A stretch of DNA of 64,000 nucleotides from an uncultured delta proteobacterium (GTDB taxonomy: Bacteria > Myxococcota_A > Polyangia > Haliangiales > Haliangiaceae). The stretch spans positions 4,704,001 through 4,768,000 of the forward strand of contig CAWKDB010000010.1 in the NCBI GenBank assembly GCA_963848295.1. The letters run 5' to 3'. A program made the position numbers and the translations under genes. Of the stretch, positions 1 to 10,022 are shown in pieces. Every line of letters starts with the position of its first letter. Within the stretch, counting starts at the first letter, position 1. The notes under the pieces were generated by a model. It had not been told where the DNA came from. It did no database searches and saw only the letters and a list, made by a program, of their open reading frames with translations.

Positions 1-95
1 GTGCACAAGCTCACCGCGCCGTTCTTGTTGCCGCATCCGACCAGCGCGAGGGCGGAGACGACCGACACAGCGAGAATGGCACTAGGGCGAATCAT
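1..95 (-). CDS. Lipoprotein, N-terminal part only (runs off the window edge)
   Basis: The minus strand reads MIRPSAILAVSVVSALALVGCGNKNGAVSLC from ATG at 95, with lipobox LVG-C and a GGAG RBS just upstream. Not in the supplied ORF track. Confidence 0.7.
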   Translation of the reverse strand, partial: MIRPSAILAVSVVSALALVGCGNKNGAVSLC

Positions 96-126
96 CGAAG
101 GCTCCTTGGACAATAGAGGCGTTAAC

Positions 127-142
127 AGCAAGGGGCGCGCCA
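127..142 (-). promoter_or_regulatory. Sigma54 (-24/-12) promoter
   Basis: Minus strand TGGCGCG-CCCC-TTGCT matches the consensus TGGCACG-N4-TTGCW, about 30 bp upstream of the ATG at 95. Confidence 0.65.
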
Positions 143-396
143 CGAGGGCGGTCTTCGCGGCGAGACCACAGTGCGAACGGATCCGCGTAGTTTCATCAGT
201 GGGGACAACAGACCCTGGGGACTCTCTCCACCCAGACCGCGACGAATTACGGACATCCCTGCAAACGAAGTTGGCGACAACAAAGCACTCAACAGCTCGA
301 CCTAGACTGCACAACGATCCCCAAAATAATCGTACACCCTGCGCGCGGCCGATCTGCAAGTCGATCACGCTCGGACCGAGAATTGAGTGAGCTGGG

Positions 397-2640
397 CTAC
401 GTCTCGGGCGGCGCGGCGGATGTAGGTTCGCGACGCAGCGCGAGCTTATAAAGCATCGTTAACGCGAGCGCGACAAACACGAGCGACGGCAGCTTGAGGT
501 CGGCGTACTTGCCGCCGGCGAGCGCGAGCACCTTGTCGTCCTGCGTCGCCGCGACCGGGATCGCGAGCGCGATGCCGATCAGCGCCTCGCCGGTGATGAA
601 CCCGGCGGCGGCGAGCAGGCCGTTGCGCTCGACGGAGGCGCGGCGGTCGGGCGATGCCTTCGTCTTGTCGAGCACGCGCGACACCAGCCACGCGACGACG
701 CCGCCGAAGAAGATCGGCACGTTCAGCTCGAACGGCAGATAGGCGCCGACCGCGAACGCCATCACCGGAACGCGGAACTTCGAGCCGCGGTTGTCGAGCA
801 AGACGTCGATCGCGATCACGACCACGGCGATCACCGCACCGATCCCGATGAACGTCCACGGCAGGCCGCCGGCGAACACGCCTTTCGCGACCGTCTCCAT
901 GAGGTTCGCTTGCGGCGCCGCGAGCTTCTCGCTGCCGATCCCGTACGCGTTGTTGAGCAGATTCAGGATCGGCGCCATCGCGAACGCCGCGACCAGGACC
1001 CCGATGATCTGCATGACCTGTTGCTTCCACGGCGTCGAACCGACGAGCTGGCCGCACTTCAAGTCCTGCAGGTTGTCGCCGCCGATCGCGGCCGCGCAGC
1101 ACACGATGGCACCGATCAGGATCGCGGCGACCGGTCCGGCTTCACTGTCGACACCGAGCGCGAGCAACAGCAACGCGGACACGAGGATCGTCGAGATCGT
1201 GATGCCCGAGACCGGGTTGTTCGACGACCCGACGAGGCCCGCCATGTACGACGCGACCGCGGCGAACAAGAACCCGGCGACGAGCATGACGACCGCCATC
1301 ACCGCGGCGATCGGTGCGGTGATGTCGGGCAGGTGCCAGAAGATGAAGAACAGCGGCACGACCGAAAATCCGATCAACGCGAGGATGATGTTCATCGGCA
1401 TGTCGCGCTCCGTGCGCGGCACGGTGTTCGGACCACCGGCGCGCCCGCGCTTGTACGCGTCGAGTCCGGCCTTGATGCCGCCGACCAGGGACTTGCGCAG
1501 CTTGAACAGCGACCACATCCCGCCGACCAGCATGCCGCCGACGCCGAGGTAGCGGATGACGTACTTGTGGTAGACACCGGCCGCCGTGACCGGATCGATG
1601 TCGGGCAGCGGTTGGTCGAGCGCGAACAGCCGGTGATCGATCCAGTGGTGCGGGTCGACGAGCGCGAGGATGTGGTGGACCGAGCTCGAGTCCTTGAGCG
1701 CCTCGGCGAGCGTGCCATACAGCGCTGCGGCGTGAGGATACGTAAGCGCGGCATGGGCCATCTGCGCGTGCGCATCCGGGTCGATGATGATCGAGAACGG
1801 ATCGCCGAACGCGGCGAACAACGGCAGCGCGACCCAGCGATTGAGCGCGGCACCCGCGAAGATCACGACCGCCACGTTGAAGCCGACGATGTAGCCGACC
1901 GATAGTAGCGCGGGCGACGCGTTGAGCCCGAAGTAGGCCGGGACGCCCGCGGTGGGACCGCCGACCGTCGCGGTGCCGAGCGCGGCCTTGCCGGCGATGT
2001 ACGTACCGAACTCGACGACCTCGGCCCACAACGCCAAGCCCGCGGCGCCGACCTTGACGAGCGCACCGACCACCCCCGCGAGGACGAGCACCCCGACTCC
2101 GCCGCCGCCTTCGGCACCGACCTTGAGGACCTCGGCGGTCGCGACGCCCTCGGGGAACTGCAGCGGCTGATCGATGATCAACGCGCGGCGCAGCGGGATC
2201 GTGAACAACACGCCGAGCAAGCCGCCGAAGCCGGCGATCAGCGTGGTCTCGAGATACGGAAACGCGCTGCCGGTGAGCGCGCCATCGGCGCCGTGATGGC
2301 GCGACCACGTGCCGAGGATGACGAGCGCCGGCAGCGTGAAGATCACGCCCGCGGCGAGGCCTTCGCCGGACGCGGCGGCGGTCTGGACGCCGTTGTTCTG
2401 TAAAATATTGCCGGTGCGCAGCGCGCGCATGATCGCCATCGACAACACCGCGGCGGGCACCGAGGCCGAGACCGTCATGCCGGCGAACATGCCGAGGTAC
2501 GCGTTCGCGCCGGCGAGGATCACCGACAGCAGCGAGCCGAGCACGACCACGCCGACCGTGAGCTCGGGCAGGACCTTGCTCGCCGGGATGTATGGCACGA
2601 CGGTCTTCGGGCCGGTGCTCGGCGGATCCGCGGCTGACAT
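397..2640 (-). CDS. OPT-family oligopeptide transporter
   Basis: Polytopic membrane protein with OPT motifs: ELT..ANAYLGMFAG, NNGVQTAAASGE, FPEGVATAEVL, GSSNNPVSG, DNLQDLKCGQLVGSTPWKQQ, APQA. Confidence 0.93.
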   Translation of the reverse strand: MSAADPPSTGPKTVVPYIPASKVLPELTVGVVVLGSLLSVILAGANAYLGMFAGMTVSASVPAAVLSMAIMRALRTGNILQNNGVQTAAASGEGLAAGVIFTLPALVILGTWSRHHGADGALTGSAFPYLETTLIAGFGGLLGVLFTIPLRRALIIDQPLQFPEGVATAEVLKVGAEGGGGVGVLVLAGVVGALVKVGAAGLALWAEVVEFGTYIAGKAALGTATVGGPTAGVPAYFGLNASPALLSVGYIVGFNVAVVIFAGAALNRWVALPLFAAFGDPFSIIIDPDAHAQMAHAALTYPHAAALYGTLAEALKDSSSVHHILALVDPHHWIDHRLFALDQPLPDIDPVTAAGVYHKYVIRYLGVGGMLVGGMWSLFKLRKSLVGGIKAGLDAYKRGRAGGPNTVPRTERDMPMNIILALIGFSVVPLFFIFWHLPDITAPIAAVMAVVMLVAGFLFAAVASYMAGLVGSSNNPVSGITISTILVSALLLLALGVDSEAGPVAAILIGAIVCCAAAIGGDNLQDLKCGQLVGSTPWKQQVMQIIGVLVAAFAMAPILNLLNNAYGIGSEKLAAPQANLMETVAKGVFAGGLPWTFIGIGAVIAVVVIAIDVLLDNRGSKFRVPVMAFAVGAYLPFELNVPIFFGGVVAWLVSRVLDKTKASPDRRASVERNGLLAAAGFITGEALIGIALAIPVAATQDDKVLALAGGKYADLKLPSLVFVALALTMLYKLALRREPTSAAPPET

Positions 2641-2692
2641 CACTTGGACTGTCGGTCGAGTCGCGCGCTTGGGTCAACCGAGTACGTAGCCG

Positions 2693-2925
2693 ATCGATCC
2701 AACCGCACTGCCATCCGGCAGTGCTGATGGCCGGGCGCATGTCCCGGCCATCGATCCAACCGCACTGCCATCCGGCAGTGCTGATGGCCGGGCGCAGGTC
2801 CCGGCCATCGATCCAACCGCACTGCCATCCGGCAGTGCTGATGGCCGGGCGCAGGTCCCGGCCATCGATCCAACCGCACTGCCATCCGGCAGTGCTGATG
2901 GCCGGGCGCAGGTCCCGGCCATCGA
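2693..2925. repeat. Tandem array of four 57-bp units, each with two hairpins (REP/BIME-like)
   Basis: Unit ATCGATCCAACCGCACTGCCATCCGGCAGTGCTGATGGCCGGGCGCAGGTCCCGGCC starts at 2693, 2750, 2807 and 2864; one substitution in copy 1. Confidence 0.95.
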
Positions 2926-3020
2926 GCAAACGGCACGGGCACTTGGCTTGATCCGAAACCTCGCTCAGGGGAACGTGCACGGTAAGTCGTTTGGGGCCGC
3001 GGTGCGTTGATATCCGCGCA

Positions 3021-6000
3021 ATGAAAGGACGTCTCGTGAACCACTCGCCGGTCTTCCGCGGCATCGCGGCCACTACGCTCTTCGCTTTTGTCGCTACGTC
3101 GTGCGGTGGCAAGGCGGGTAATACGCACGTCACCCTCGGTAGCGCATCGCCGATCGCCGACGCGGTGTTGGCGCAGGCGAAGGACATCCCCGACGGGCTC
3201 GACCTGCGCGTCTCGAACGGTCACGAGGGGCCGCCCGCCTTCGATCACACCAAGCTCGCGCCCGCGACGAAGCTGTCCGACGCCGACGCGAACAAGCTGC
3301 TCGATCGCGCGCCGGCGCTCAAGACCGACCCGGACGACCAGCAAGCGTTCGCGCTGCGGCCGAATTCGCAGCCGCCGCCGCGCACCGGCCAGACGCTCAA
3401 GGGCCAGTTCCCACCACCGCCGTCGTCGCTGCTTCCGCCGATCGCGAACGACGCGGGGAAAGCGCTGCGCGTGTTGCGCTACATGCCGGAAGGCGAGGTG
3501 CCGCTCGCCCCCGAGCTGAGCGTCACGTTCAGCCAACCGATGGTCGCGGTGACGTCGCAGACCGATGCCGCCGCGGTGACCCCGGTCAAGCTCACGCCGA
3601 CGCCGAAGGGCCGGTGGCGGTGGATCGGCACTCGCACGATCTTGTTCGACCCCGACGTTCGGTTTCCGCAAGCGCAGACGTACCAGGTCGAAGTTCCCGC
3701 CGGGACGAAGTCCGCGGACGGCGGCGTGCTCAAGGACGGCGTGAAGTTCACGTTCGAGACCCCGGCGCCGAAGCTGGTGTGGAGCTCGCCGAACGGTGAC
3801 GAGCCGCAGAAGACCGACGTGCCGATGTTCGTGATGTTCGATCAGAGGATCGATCAGGCGCAGGTCCTCGCGCACATCAAGCTGACCGCGAACAGCAAGT
3901 CGGCGGAGCTCCGGCTGCTCGACGCCGCCGAGATCGCGAAGGACAAGCAGCTCGCAGCGGTCGTCGAGCAGGCGAAGAAGGACGAGCAGGACGGCCGCTG
4001 GGTCGCGTTTCGCACGACCTCGCCGTTGCCGACCGACGCGCACATCGACGTCACGATCGCCAAGGGCACGCCGTCGGCGGAGGGCCCGAACACGACGAAG
4101 GCCGACCAGCAGTTCGCGTTCCGCACGTATCCGCCGCTCAAGCTCGTCAAGGCCGAGTGCGGCTGGGGTAGCGAGTGCCGGCCCGGCATGCCGCTCGTGT
4201 TCGAGATGAACAACCCGCTCGATGTCGACGCGTTCGACGACTCGGAGGTCCGGATCTCGCCTGACATTCCGGACGTCAAGATCGTCACGCAGGGTCAGAA
4301 CATCCTCGTCCAGGGCATGACCTCGGCGCGCACGAAGTACACGGTGACCGTGGCGAGCTCGCTGCGCGACGACTTCGGCCAGACGCTCGGCAAGGACGAG
4401 ACCCACGACTTCGAGGTCGGCGATGCGACGCCGACGTTTTTCGGGCCGTCGGGCATGGTCGTGCTCGATCCCGGCGCGACCAAGCCGACGCTCGACTTCT
4501 TCACGATCAACTACAGCCAGCTCAAGGTGAAGCTGTATCGCGTCGAGCCAGGCGACCTCGATGCGTTCGGCAACTACATGCGGAACCTGTGGAACCACGA
4601 CCACAAGCCGGCGATGCCGGGCACGAAGGTGTTCGACCAGCTGGTCTCGACCGGCAAGGACAAGAACGAGCTGGTCCAGACCTCGATCGATCTCGCCCCC
4701 GCGCTCGGCAAGTCGGGGCTCGGTCACGCGATCGCGATCGTCGAGCCGTACCCGTGGACCGAAACGTACGACCCGCCGCGGATGATCGCGTGGGTCCAGT
4801 CGACCAAGCTCGCGGTCGACGCGCACGTCGATGGCGAACAGTTGCTCGCGTTCGCGACGAACCTCGACACGGGCAAGGCCGCCCCGGGCGTCCAGCTCGA
4901 GATCCGGCCGTTCGGCACGAAGGCGACGACCGACGACAAGGGGCTCGCGACGCTGCCGCTGTCGGCCGCGGGCGTCAAAGGCGACCACTATCTCGTCGCC
5001 CGCCGCGGCGACGACGTCGCGTTCGTCACCGACGACTCCGGCTACTACAACGAGACGGGCAACTGGTTCAAGCAGAGCCGCGGCAAGACCCTGTCGAGCT
5101 ACGTCGTCGACGATCGCGGACTGTACAAGCCGGGCGAGGAGGTCAGCCTCAAGGGCTGGCTGCGGCTGATCGACTACGGCAAGAACGGCGATGTCGGCCC
5201 GCTCGCCGGCGAGGTCACCGGCGTCGACTACGTCGTCATGGATTCGCAGAACAACCAGATCGGCAAGGGCAGCGCCGCGGTCAACCCGGCCGGTGGCTTC
5301 GACACGAAGTTCACGTTGCCGAAGACGCCGAACCTCGGCTACGCGCGCGTCGACTTCACGACCCGCGGCAGGCGCGTCGAGCACTTCCAGCACGGCTTCC
5401 AGGTCGAGGAGTTCCGCACGCCGGAGTTCGAAGCGAGCGCGAAGCCGACGCCGGGCCCGTTCATGGTCGGCGGCACCGGCGACGTCACGGTCGACGCGAA
5501 GTACTTCGCGGGTGGGCCGCTCGCCGGCGCCGACGTCAACTGGAACGTCACCGCGAGCCAGACGACGTTCACGCCGCCGAACCGCGACGACTACGTGTTC
5601 GGCATGTGGCAACCGTGGTGGAGTTATCGCTCGTTCGACGACGACGACTCCGGCATGCGCGGCTACAAACCGCCGCGTACGTGGTCGCTGCACTCGAAGA
5701 CCGACGCGACGGGCTCGCACACGTTGCACTTCGACTTCTTGTCGGCCAAGCCGTCGGTGCCGATGGCGGTGACCGCGTACGCGACCGTGACCGATGTCAA
5801 TCGCCAGCAGATCGCGGCGTCGGCGAGCCTGATCGTGCACCCGTCGTCGCTCTACGTCGGGCTCAAGACCAAGCGGATGTTCGTCGACAAGGGCACGCCG
5901 TTTGCGCTCGACGTGATCGGCGTCGACCTCGACGGCAAGGCGGTGCCCGGCGCGAAGATCGAGGTCAAGGCGGTGCGGATGGACTGGGAGTACAAGCACG

Positions 6001-9000
6001 GCCGCTACGTCACGAAGGAAGTCGATCCGCAGACGTGCGAGGTCACCGCCGCCGACAATCCGACGCCATGCACGTTCGCGACCGCGAAGGGCGGCACGTA
6101 TCAGGTCAAGGCGACGATCATCGACTCGAAGGGTCGCGCGAACCAGTCGTCACTCGAGTTCTGGGTCACCGGCGGTGATACCCCGCCCGCGCGCGAGGTC
6201 TCGCAGGAGGTCGTGCAGCTGATCCCGAGCGCGAAGACGTTCGCGGCCGGTGACACCGCCGAGTTGCTCGTCCAAGCGCCGTTCTATCCGGCCGAAGGTG
6301 TCGTGACCTGGCGGCGCAGCGGCATCGTCAAGGTCGAGCGGATCACGCTCGACGGGCCGACGACGACGCTCGAGGTGCCGATCGTCGACGCGATGGTGCC
6401 GAACCTGAGCGTCCAGGTCGATCTCGTCGGCATGGCGGCGCGCACCGACGATAAGGGCGCACCCGATGCCAAGCTGCCGAAGCGCCCGGCGTACGCGGTG
6501 GGCACGATCGATCTCGCGATTCCGCCGAAACAACGCACGCTCGGCGTCGTGGTCGTGCCCGCGGCGGCGAAGGTGGCGCCCGGCGAGCAGACCAAGCTCG
6601 CGATCGACGTGACCGATGCGAACGGCAGGCCGGTCGCGAACGCCGAGACCGCGGTGATCGTCGTCGACGAGGCGGTGCTGTCGCTCACCGGTTATCGGTT
6701 CGGCTCCCCGATCGACACGTTCTACGGAGAACGCGGCGCCGATACGCGTGACTTCTACGAGCGCGCGTACGTCAAGCTCGCCGACCCCGAGGCCACGAGG
6801 CGCGGCGGCCAGGCGACCGGCGGCCCACGCCGGCGGATGTTCCGCGCCGGCTTCGGCGGCCCCGGCGGCGGTGACCGCGATGGCGATGGCATGTTCGATG
6901 CGCCGGAGGAGGCACGCGCTGTAGGCGGAGCGCCGCCGCCGCCTTCACCTGCCGCCGCGCCGATGGCCGAAGCCATGCCGACGACCATCGCCGCGAATAA
7001 CAAGCTGGCGGGTCCGAGCCCCCAGCAGCCGAACACGCCGATCGCGATTCGCACGAACTTCAACCCGCTCGCCGCGTTCTCGCCCACGGTGATGACCGAC
7101 GCGAACGGCAAGGCGACGGTCGCGATCAAGATGCCGGACAACCTGACGCGCTATCGCATCGTCGCGATCGCCGCCGCTGGCGATCGCCAGTTCGGCAAGG
7201 GCGAGAGCGCGATCACGGCGCGGTTGCCGTTGATGGTGCGGCCGAGCCCGCCGCGGTTCCTCAATTTCGGCGACACGTTCCGGTTGCCGGTCGTGATCCA
7301 GAACCAGACCGACAACGCGATGACCGTCAGGCTCGCGGTGCGGGCGTCGAACGCGTCGATCACCGATGGCGCCGGTCGCGAGGTGCAAGTGCCCGCGAAC
7401 GATCGCGTCGAGGTCCAGTTCCCGGCCGCGGCGCAGCTCGCGGGTACCGCGCGGTTTCAGATCGTCGGCTCGACCGGTTCGTACTCCGATGCCGCCGAGC
7501 TCGCCCTGCCGGTCTGGACGCCTGCGACGACCGAGGCGTTCGCGACCTACGGCGTGATCGACAACGGGGCGATCAGACAACCGGTCGCGTTGCCCGGACA
7601 AGTGGTGACCCAGTTCGGCGGCATCGATGTCACGACCGCGTCGACCAACCTCCAGGCGCTGACCGACGCGTTGCTGTACCTCGTCCACTATCCGTTCGAG
7701 TGCGCGGAGCAGCGGTCGTCGCGGATCATGTCGATCGCGGCGCTCAAGGACGTCCTGACCGCGTTCAAGACCAAGGACATGCCGTCGCAAGCGGCGATGG
7801 AGCGCAGCGTCGCGACCGACATCGAGCATCTGACCCAGATGCAAAACAGCGACGGTGGCTTCGCGTTCTGGGATCGCGGTTATCCGAGCGAGCCGTATCT
7901 GTCGGTCTACGTCGTCAACGCGCTCGCGCATGCGAAGGCGAAGGGCTTCGCGGTGCCGGCCTCGCTGTTCGCGAATGCCAAGCCGTATCTCCAGAACATC
8001 GAGCAGCACTACCCGTGGTTCTATTCGAAGGAGGTGCGCTGGGCGATCAGCGCGTACGCGCTGTACACGCGCAAGCTGACCGGCGACCTCGACATCGGCA
8101 AGGGCCAGAAGCTGCTGCGCGAGGCAGGCGGCGTCGACAAGGTCACGATGGAGACCGACGGCTGGCTGCTCGACCTGTTCACCGGCAACGCGGCCGCGGC
8201 CGACGAGCGCAAGGCAATCGTCCGCTACGCACTCAACCATGTCAGCGAGACCGCGGGCGCGGCGAACTTCACGACGAGCTACGGCGACGGCAATTATTTG
8301 ATCCTGTCGAGCGACCGGAGGGTCGACGGCGTGATGCTGGAGGCGCTGATCCAGGAGCAGAAGGACTCGGATCTGATCCCGAAGCTCGTCACCGGGTTAC
8401 TCGCCCATCGCACGGCGGGTCGCTGGCTGAACACGCAGGAGAACACGTTCGCGTTGCTCGCGCTCGACCTGTACTTCCACACCTACGAGAAGACCACGCC
8501 GGACTTTGTCGCGCGGATGTGGCTCGGCAACGACTACGCCGGCGATCACGCGTTCAAGGGCCGGTCGACCGATTACTACAACGTCGCGATCCCGATGAAG
8601 GACGTCGCGACCCACGACAAGCAAGACCTGACGATCCAGAAGGACGGCAAGGGTCGGCTGTACTATCGGATCGGCATGACCTATGCGCCGGCGAGCCTCA
8701 AGCTCGCCGCGGCGGACTACGGCTTCGTCGTCGAGCGCCGCTACGAGGCGGTCGACGATCCGAAGGACGTCACGCGCGCGGCCGACGGCACGTGGCACGT
8801 CAAGGCCGGCGCGCGCGTGCGGGTGCAGATCGACATGGTCAACGAGAACCGGCGCTATCACGTCGCGCTCGTCGATCCGCTGCCGGCGGGGTTCGAGACG
8901 ATGAACCCGGCGCTCGCGACGACCGGGCCGATTCCGCAGGATCCGAAGCAGCAGAAGGAGCGCGGCGCGTACTGGTGGTGGTACGGCCCTTGGTACGAGC

Positions 9001-9188
9001 ACCAGAACATGCGCGACGAGCGGGTCGAAGCGTTTGCCTCGCTGCTATGGGAAGGCGTCCACAAGTACGATTACGTCGCGCGCGCGACGACGCCGGGCAA
9101 CTTCGTCGTGCCGCCGCCCAAGGCCGAGGAGATGTACATGCCCGAGACGTTCGGCCGCGGCGCGAGCGATCGGGTGATCGTCGAGTGA
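3021..9188 (+). CDS. Bacterial alpha-2-macroglobulin family lipoprotein
   Basis: About 2,050 aa. Lipobox (VATS-C), Ig-like N-terminal domains, DRGLYKPGEEV, VEEFRTPEF, MPDNLTRYRI, PRFLNFGD, thioester motif YPFECAEQ (CAEQ at 7701-7712), C-terminal RATTPGNFVVPP..EEMYMPE. Start may instead be GTG 3036. Confidence 0.93.
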   Translation: MKGRLVNHSPVFRGIAATTLFAFVATSCGGKAGNTHVTLGSASPIADAVLAQAKDIPDGLDLRVSNGHEGPPAFDHTKLAPATKLSDADANKLLDRAPALKTDPDDQQAFALRPNSQPPPRTGQTLKGQFPPPPSSLLPPIANDAGKALRVLRYMPEGEVPLAPELSVTFSQPMVAVTSQTDAAAVTPVKLTPTPKGRWRWIGTRTILFDPDVRFPQAQTYQVEVPAGTKSADGGVLKDGVKFTFETPAPKLVWSSPNGDEPQKTDVPMFVMFDQRIDQAQVLAHIKLTANSKSAELRLLDAAEIAKDKQLAAVVEQAKKDEQDGRWVAFRTTSPLPTDAHIDVTIAKGTPSAEGPNTTKADQQFAFRTYPPLKLVKAECGWGSECRPGMPLVFEMNNPLDVDAFDDSEVRISPDIPDVKIVTQGQNILVQGMTSARTKYTVTVASSLRDDFGQTLGKDETHDFEVGDATPTFFGPSGMVVLDPGATKPTLDFFTINYSQLKVKLYRVEPGDLDAFGNYMRNLWNHDHKPAMPGTKVFDQLVSTGKDKNELVQTSIDLAPALGKSGLGHAIAIVEPYPWTETYDPPRMIAWVQSTKLAVDAHVDGEQLLAFATNLDTGKAAPGVQLEIRPFGTKATTDDKGLATLPLSAAGVKGDHYLVARRGDDVAFVTDDSGYYNETGNWFKQSRGKTLSSYVVDDRGLYKPGEEVSLKGWLRLIDYGKNGDVGPLAGEVTGVDYVVMDSQNNQIGKGSAAVNPAGGFDTKFTLPKTPNLGYARVDFTTRGRRVEHFQHGFQVEEFRTPEFEASAKPTPGPFMVGGTGDVTVDAKYFAGGPLAGADVNWNVTASQTTFTPPNRDDYVFGMWQPWWSYRSFDDDDSGMRGYKPPRTWSLHSKTDATGSHTLHFDFLSAKPSVPMAVTAYATVTDVNRQQIAASASLIVHPSSLYVGLKTKRMFVDKGTPFALDVIGVDLDGKAVPGAKIEVKAVRMDWEYKHGRYVTKEVDPQTCEVTAADNPTPCTFATAKGGTYQVKATIIDSKGRANQSSLEFWVTGGDTPPAREVSQEVVQLIPSAKTFAAGDTAELLVQAPFYPAEGVVTWRRSGIVKVERITLDGPTTTLEVPIVDAMVPNLSVQVDLVGMAARTDDKGAPDAKLPKRPAYAVGTIDLAIPPKQRTLGVVVVPAAAKVAPGEQTKLAIDVTDANGRPVANAETAVIVVDEAVLSLTGYRFGSPIDTFYGERGADTRDFYERAYVKLADPEATRRGGQATGGPRRRMFRAGFGGPGGGDRDGDGMFDAPEEARAVGGAPPPPSPAAAPMAEAMPTTIAANNKLAGPSPQQPNTPIAIRTNFNPLAAFSPTVMTDANGKATVAIKMPDNLTRYRIVAIAAAGDRQFGKGESAITARLPLMVRPSPPRFLNFGDTFRLPVVIQNQTDNAMTVRLAVRASNASITDGAGREVQVPANDRVEVQFPAAAQLAGTARFQIVGSTGSYSDAAELALPVWTPATTEAFATYGVIDNGAIRQPVALPGQVVTQFGGIDVTTASTNLQALTDALLYLVHYPFECAEQRSSRIMSIAALKDVLTAFKTKDMPSQAAMERSVATDIEHLTQMQNSDGGFAFWDRGYPSEPYLSVYVVNALAHAKAKGFAVPASLFANAKPYLQNIEQHYPWFYSKEVRWAISAYALYTRKLTGDLDIGKGQKLLREAGGVDKVTMETDGWLLDLFTGNAAAADERKAIVRYALNHVSETAGAANFTTSYGDGNYLILSSDRRVDGVMLEALIQEQKDSDLIPKLVTGLLAHRTAGRWLNTQENTFALLALDLYFHTYEKTTPDFVARMWLGNDYAGDHAFKGRSTDYYNVAIPMKDVATHDKQDLTIQKDGKGRLYYRIGMTYAPASLKLAAADYGFVVERRYEAVDDPKDVTRAADGTWHVKAGARVRVQIDMVNENRRYHVALVDPLPAGFETMNPALATTGPIPQDPKQQKERGAYWWWYGPWYEHQNMRDERVEAFASLLWEGVHKYDYVARATTPGNFVVPPPKAEEMYMPETFGRGASDRVIVE

Positions 9189-9215
9189 ACCGGGCTAGCT
9201 CGCCGTCGAGTAGCT

Positions 9216-9944
9216 CTACGGGCAGGTGTTGAGGCTCTCGAACCCGACGACGGCCGGGCTCGGATCGGACGTGAACGTGCCGGCGTAGAGCTGGACCTGC
9301 ACGCCGGTCGGCGCCGGCGTGGGATCCATCGCGAACTGATGCCACGTCTGACCATCCGCGGAGTACTCCGCGACGATCGCCGTGCGGTCGGCGCTCGGGC
9401 GCATCCGTGCCCAGGCGGAGGTGGCCGAGTCGTAGCCGACGGTGCCGAACGTCTCGGTCGCCATCTCGGTCACCTGATCCTTGCGGTCGAGCTCGAGCGT
9501 CGGCGTCGGCAGCGAGCCCCAGCGCAGCATGTCGGCGAGCTCGTTGTCGCTCCAGATCGCCTGGAGGGTGATGTACTCGTCCTCGTCGCCGATCTGACCG
9601 AGCTGGATGAACAGCCCGACGTCGGGGTCGAATGGCATCGGGTCCGCCGGATCGGTCAAACAGCCGCCGCGGGTGGTCTCGATGTTGGCGTCGGAAGTGA
9701 CGAGCAGCTCGCCGTTCGCGATCGCGAGCGTCGTCATCGCGGTGTCCGCCGTGCCCCATGCGCCGCACGGAGGCCCGACGTCGAAGCTATCGTGGACGGT
9801 CGCAGGCATCGCGCAACCGACCGTGGTGGGGGCCGCATCGAGCATCGCGTCGGGCGTGGAGCCGGAGTCGAAGCCGAAGTCGAACCGCCCGCACGACGCG
9901 AGGCCGCATAGCAGAGTCAACCGCGCGCGACGCAACGCCGCCAC
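9216..9944 (-). CDS. Hypothetical lipoprotein, beta-rich
   Basis: Signal peptide ending LAS-CGRFDF, followed by a D/P/A linker; coding-like codon bias. Confidence 0.7.
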   Translation of the reverse strand: MAALRRARLTLLCGLASCGRFDFGFDSGSTPDAMLDAAPTTVGCAMPATVHDSFDVGPPCGAWGTADTAMTTLAIANGELLVTSDANIETTRGGCLTDPADPMPFDPDVGLFIQLGQIGDEDEYITLQAIWSDNELADMLRWGSLPTPTLELDRKDQVTEMATETFGTVGYDSATSAWARMRPSADRTAIVAEYSADGQTWHQFAMDPTPAPTGVQVQLYAGTFTSDPSPAVVGFESLNTCP

Positions 9945-10022
9945 GGTAACACGAGGTCATACTCGGTCGCGCACCGCAGCGACGAACGCGACGGCCCGAT
10001 CTATTCGGTGTAGGGTCGCCCC

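Noticed and set aside
1..390. 129-aa plus-strand ORF
   Set aside because: No codon bias or motif; it overlaps a better-supported minus-strand lipoprotein start with RBS and sigma54 promoter.
2693..2925. CRISPR array
   Set aside because: The units are contiguous and essentially identical, with no unique spacers, and no cas genes are present.
2592..2951. ORFs translating the 57-bp repeat (SIQPHCHPAVLMAGRRSRP and others)
   Set aside because: They are open only because 57 is a multiple of 3 and the unit lacks stops; the palindromic structure argues for a nucleic-acid-level role.
2640..5999. Long antisense or off-frame ORFs (also 35097-37067, 41829-43949, 46398-50054 and many others)
   Set aside because: Arg/Ala-rich shadow ORFs expected in high-GC DNA, overlapping well-supported genes.
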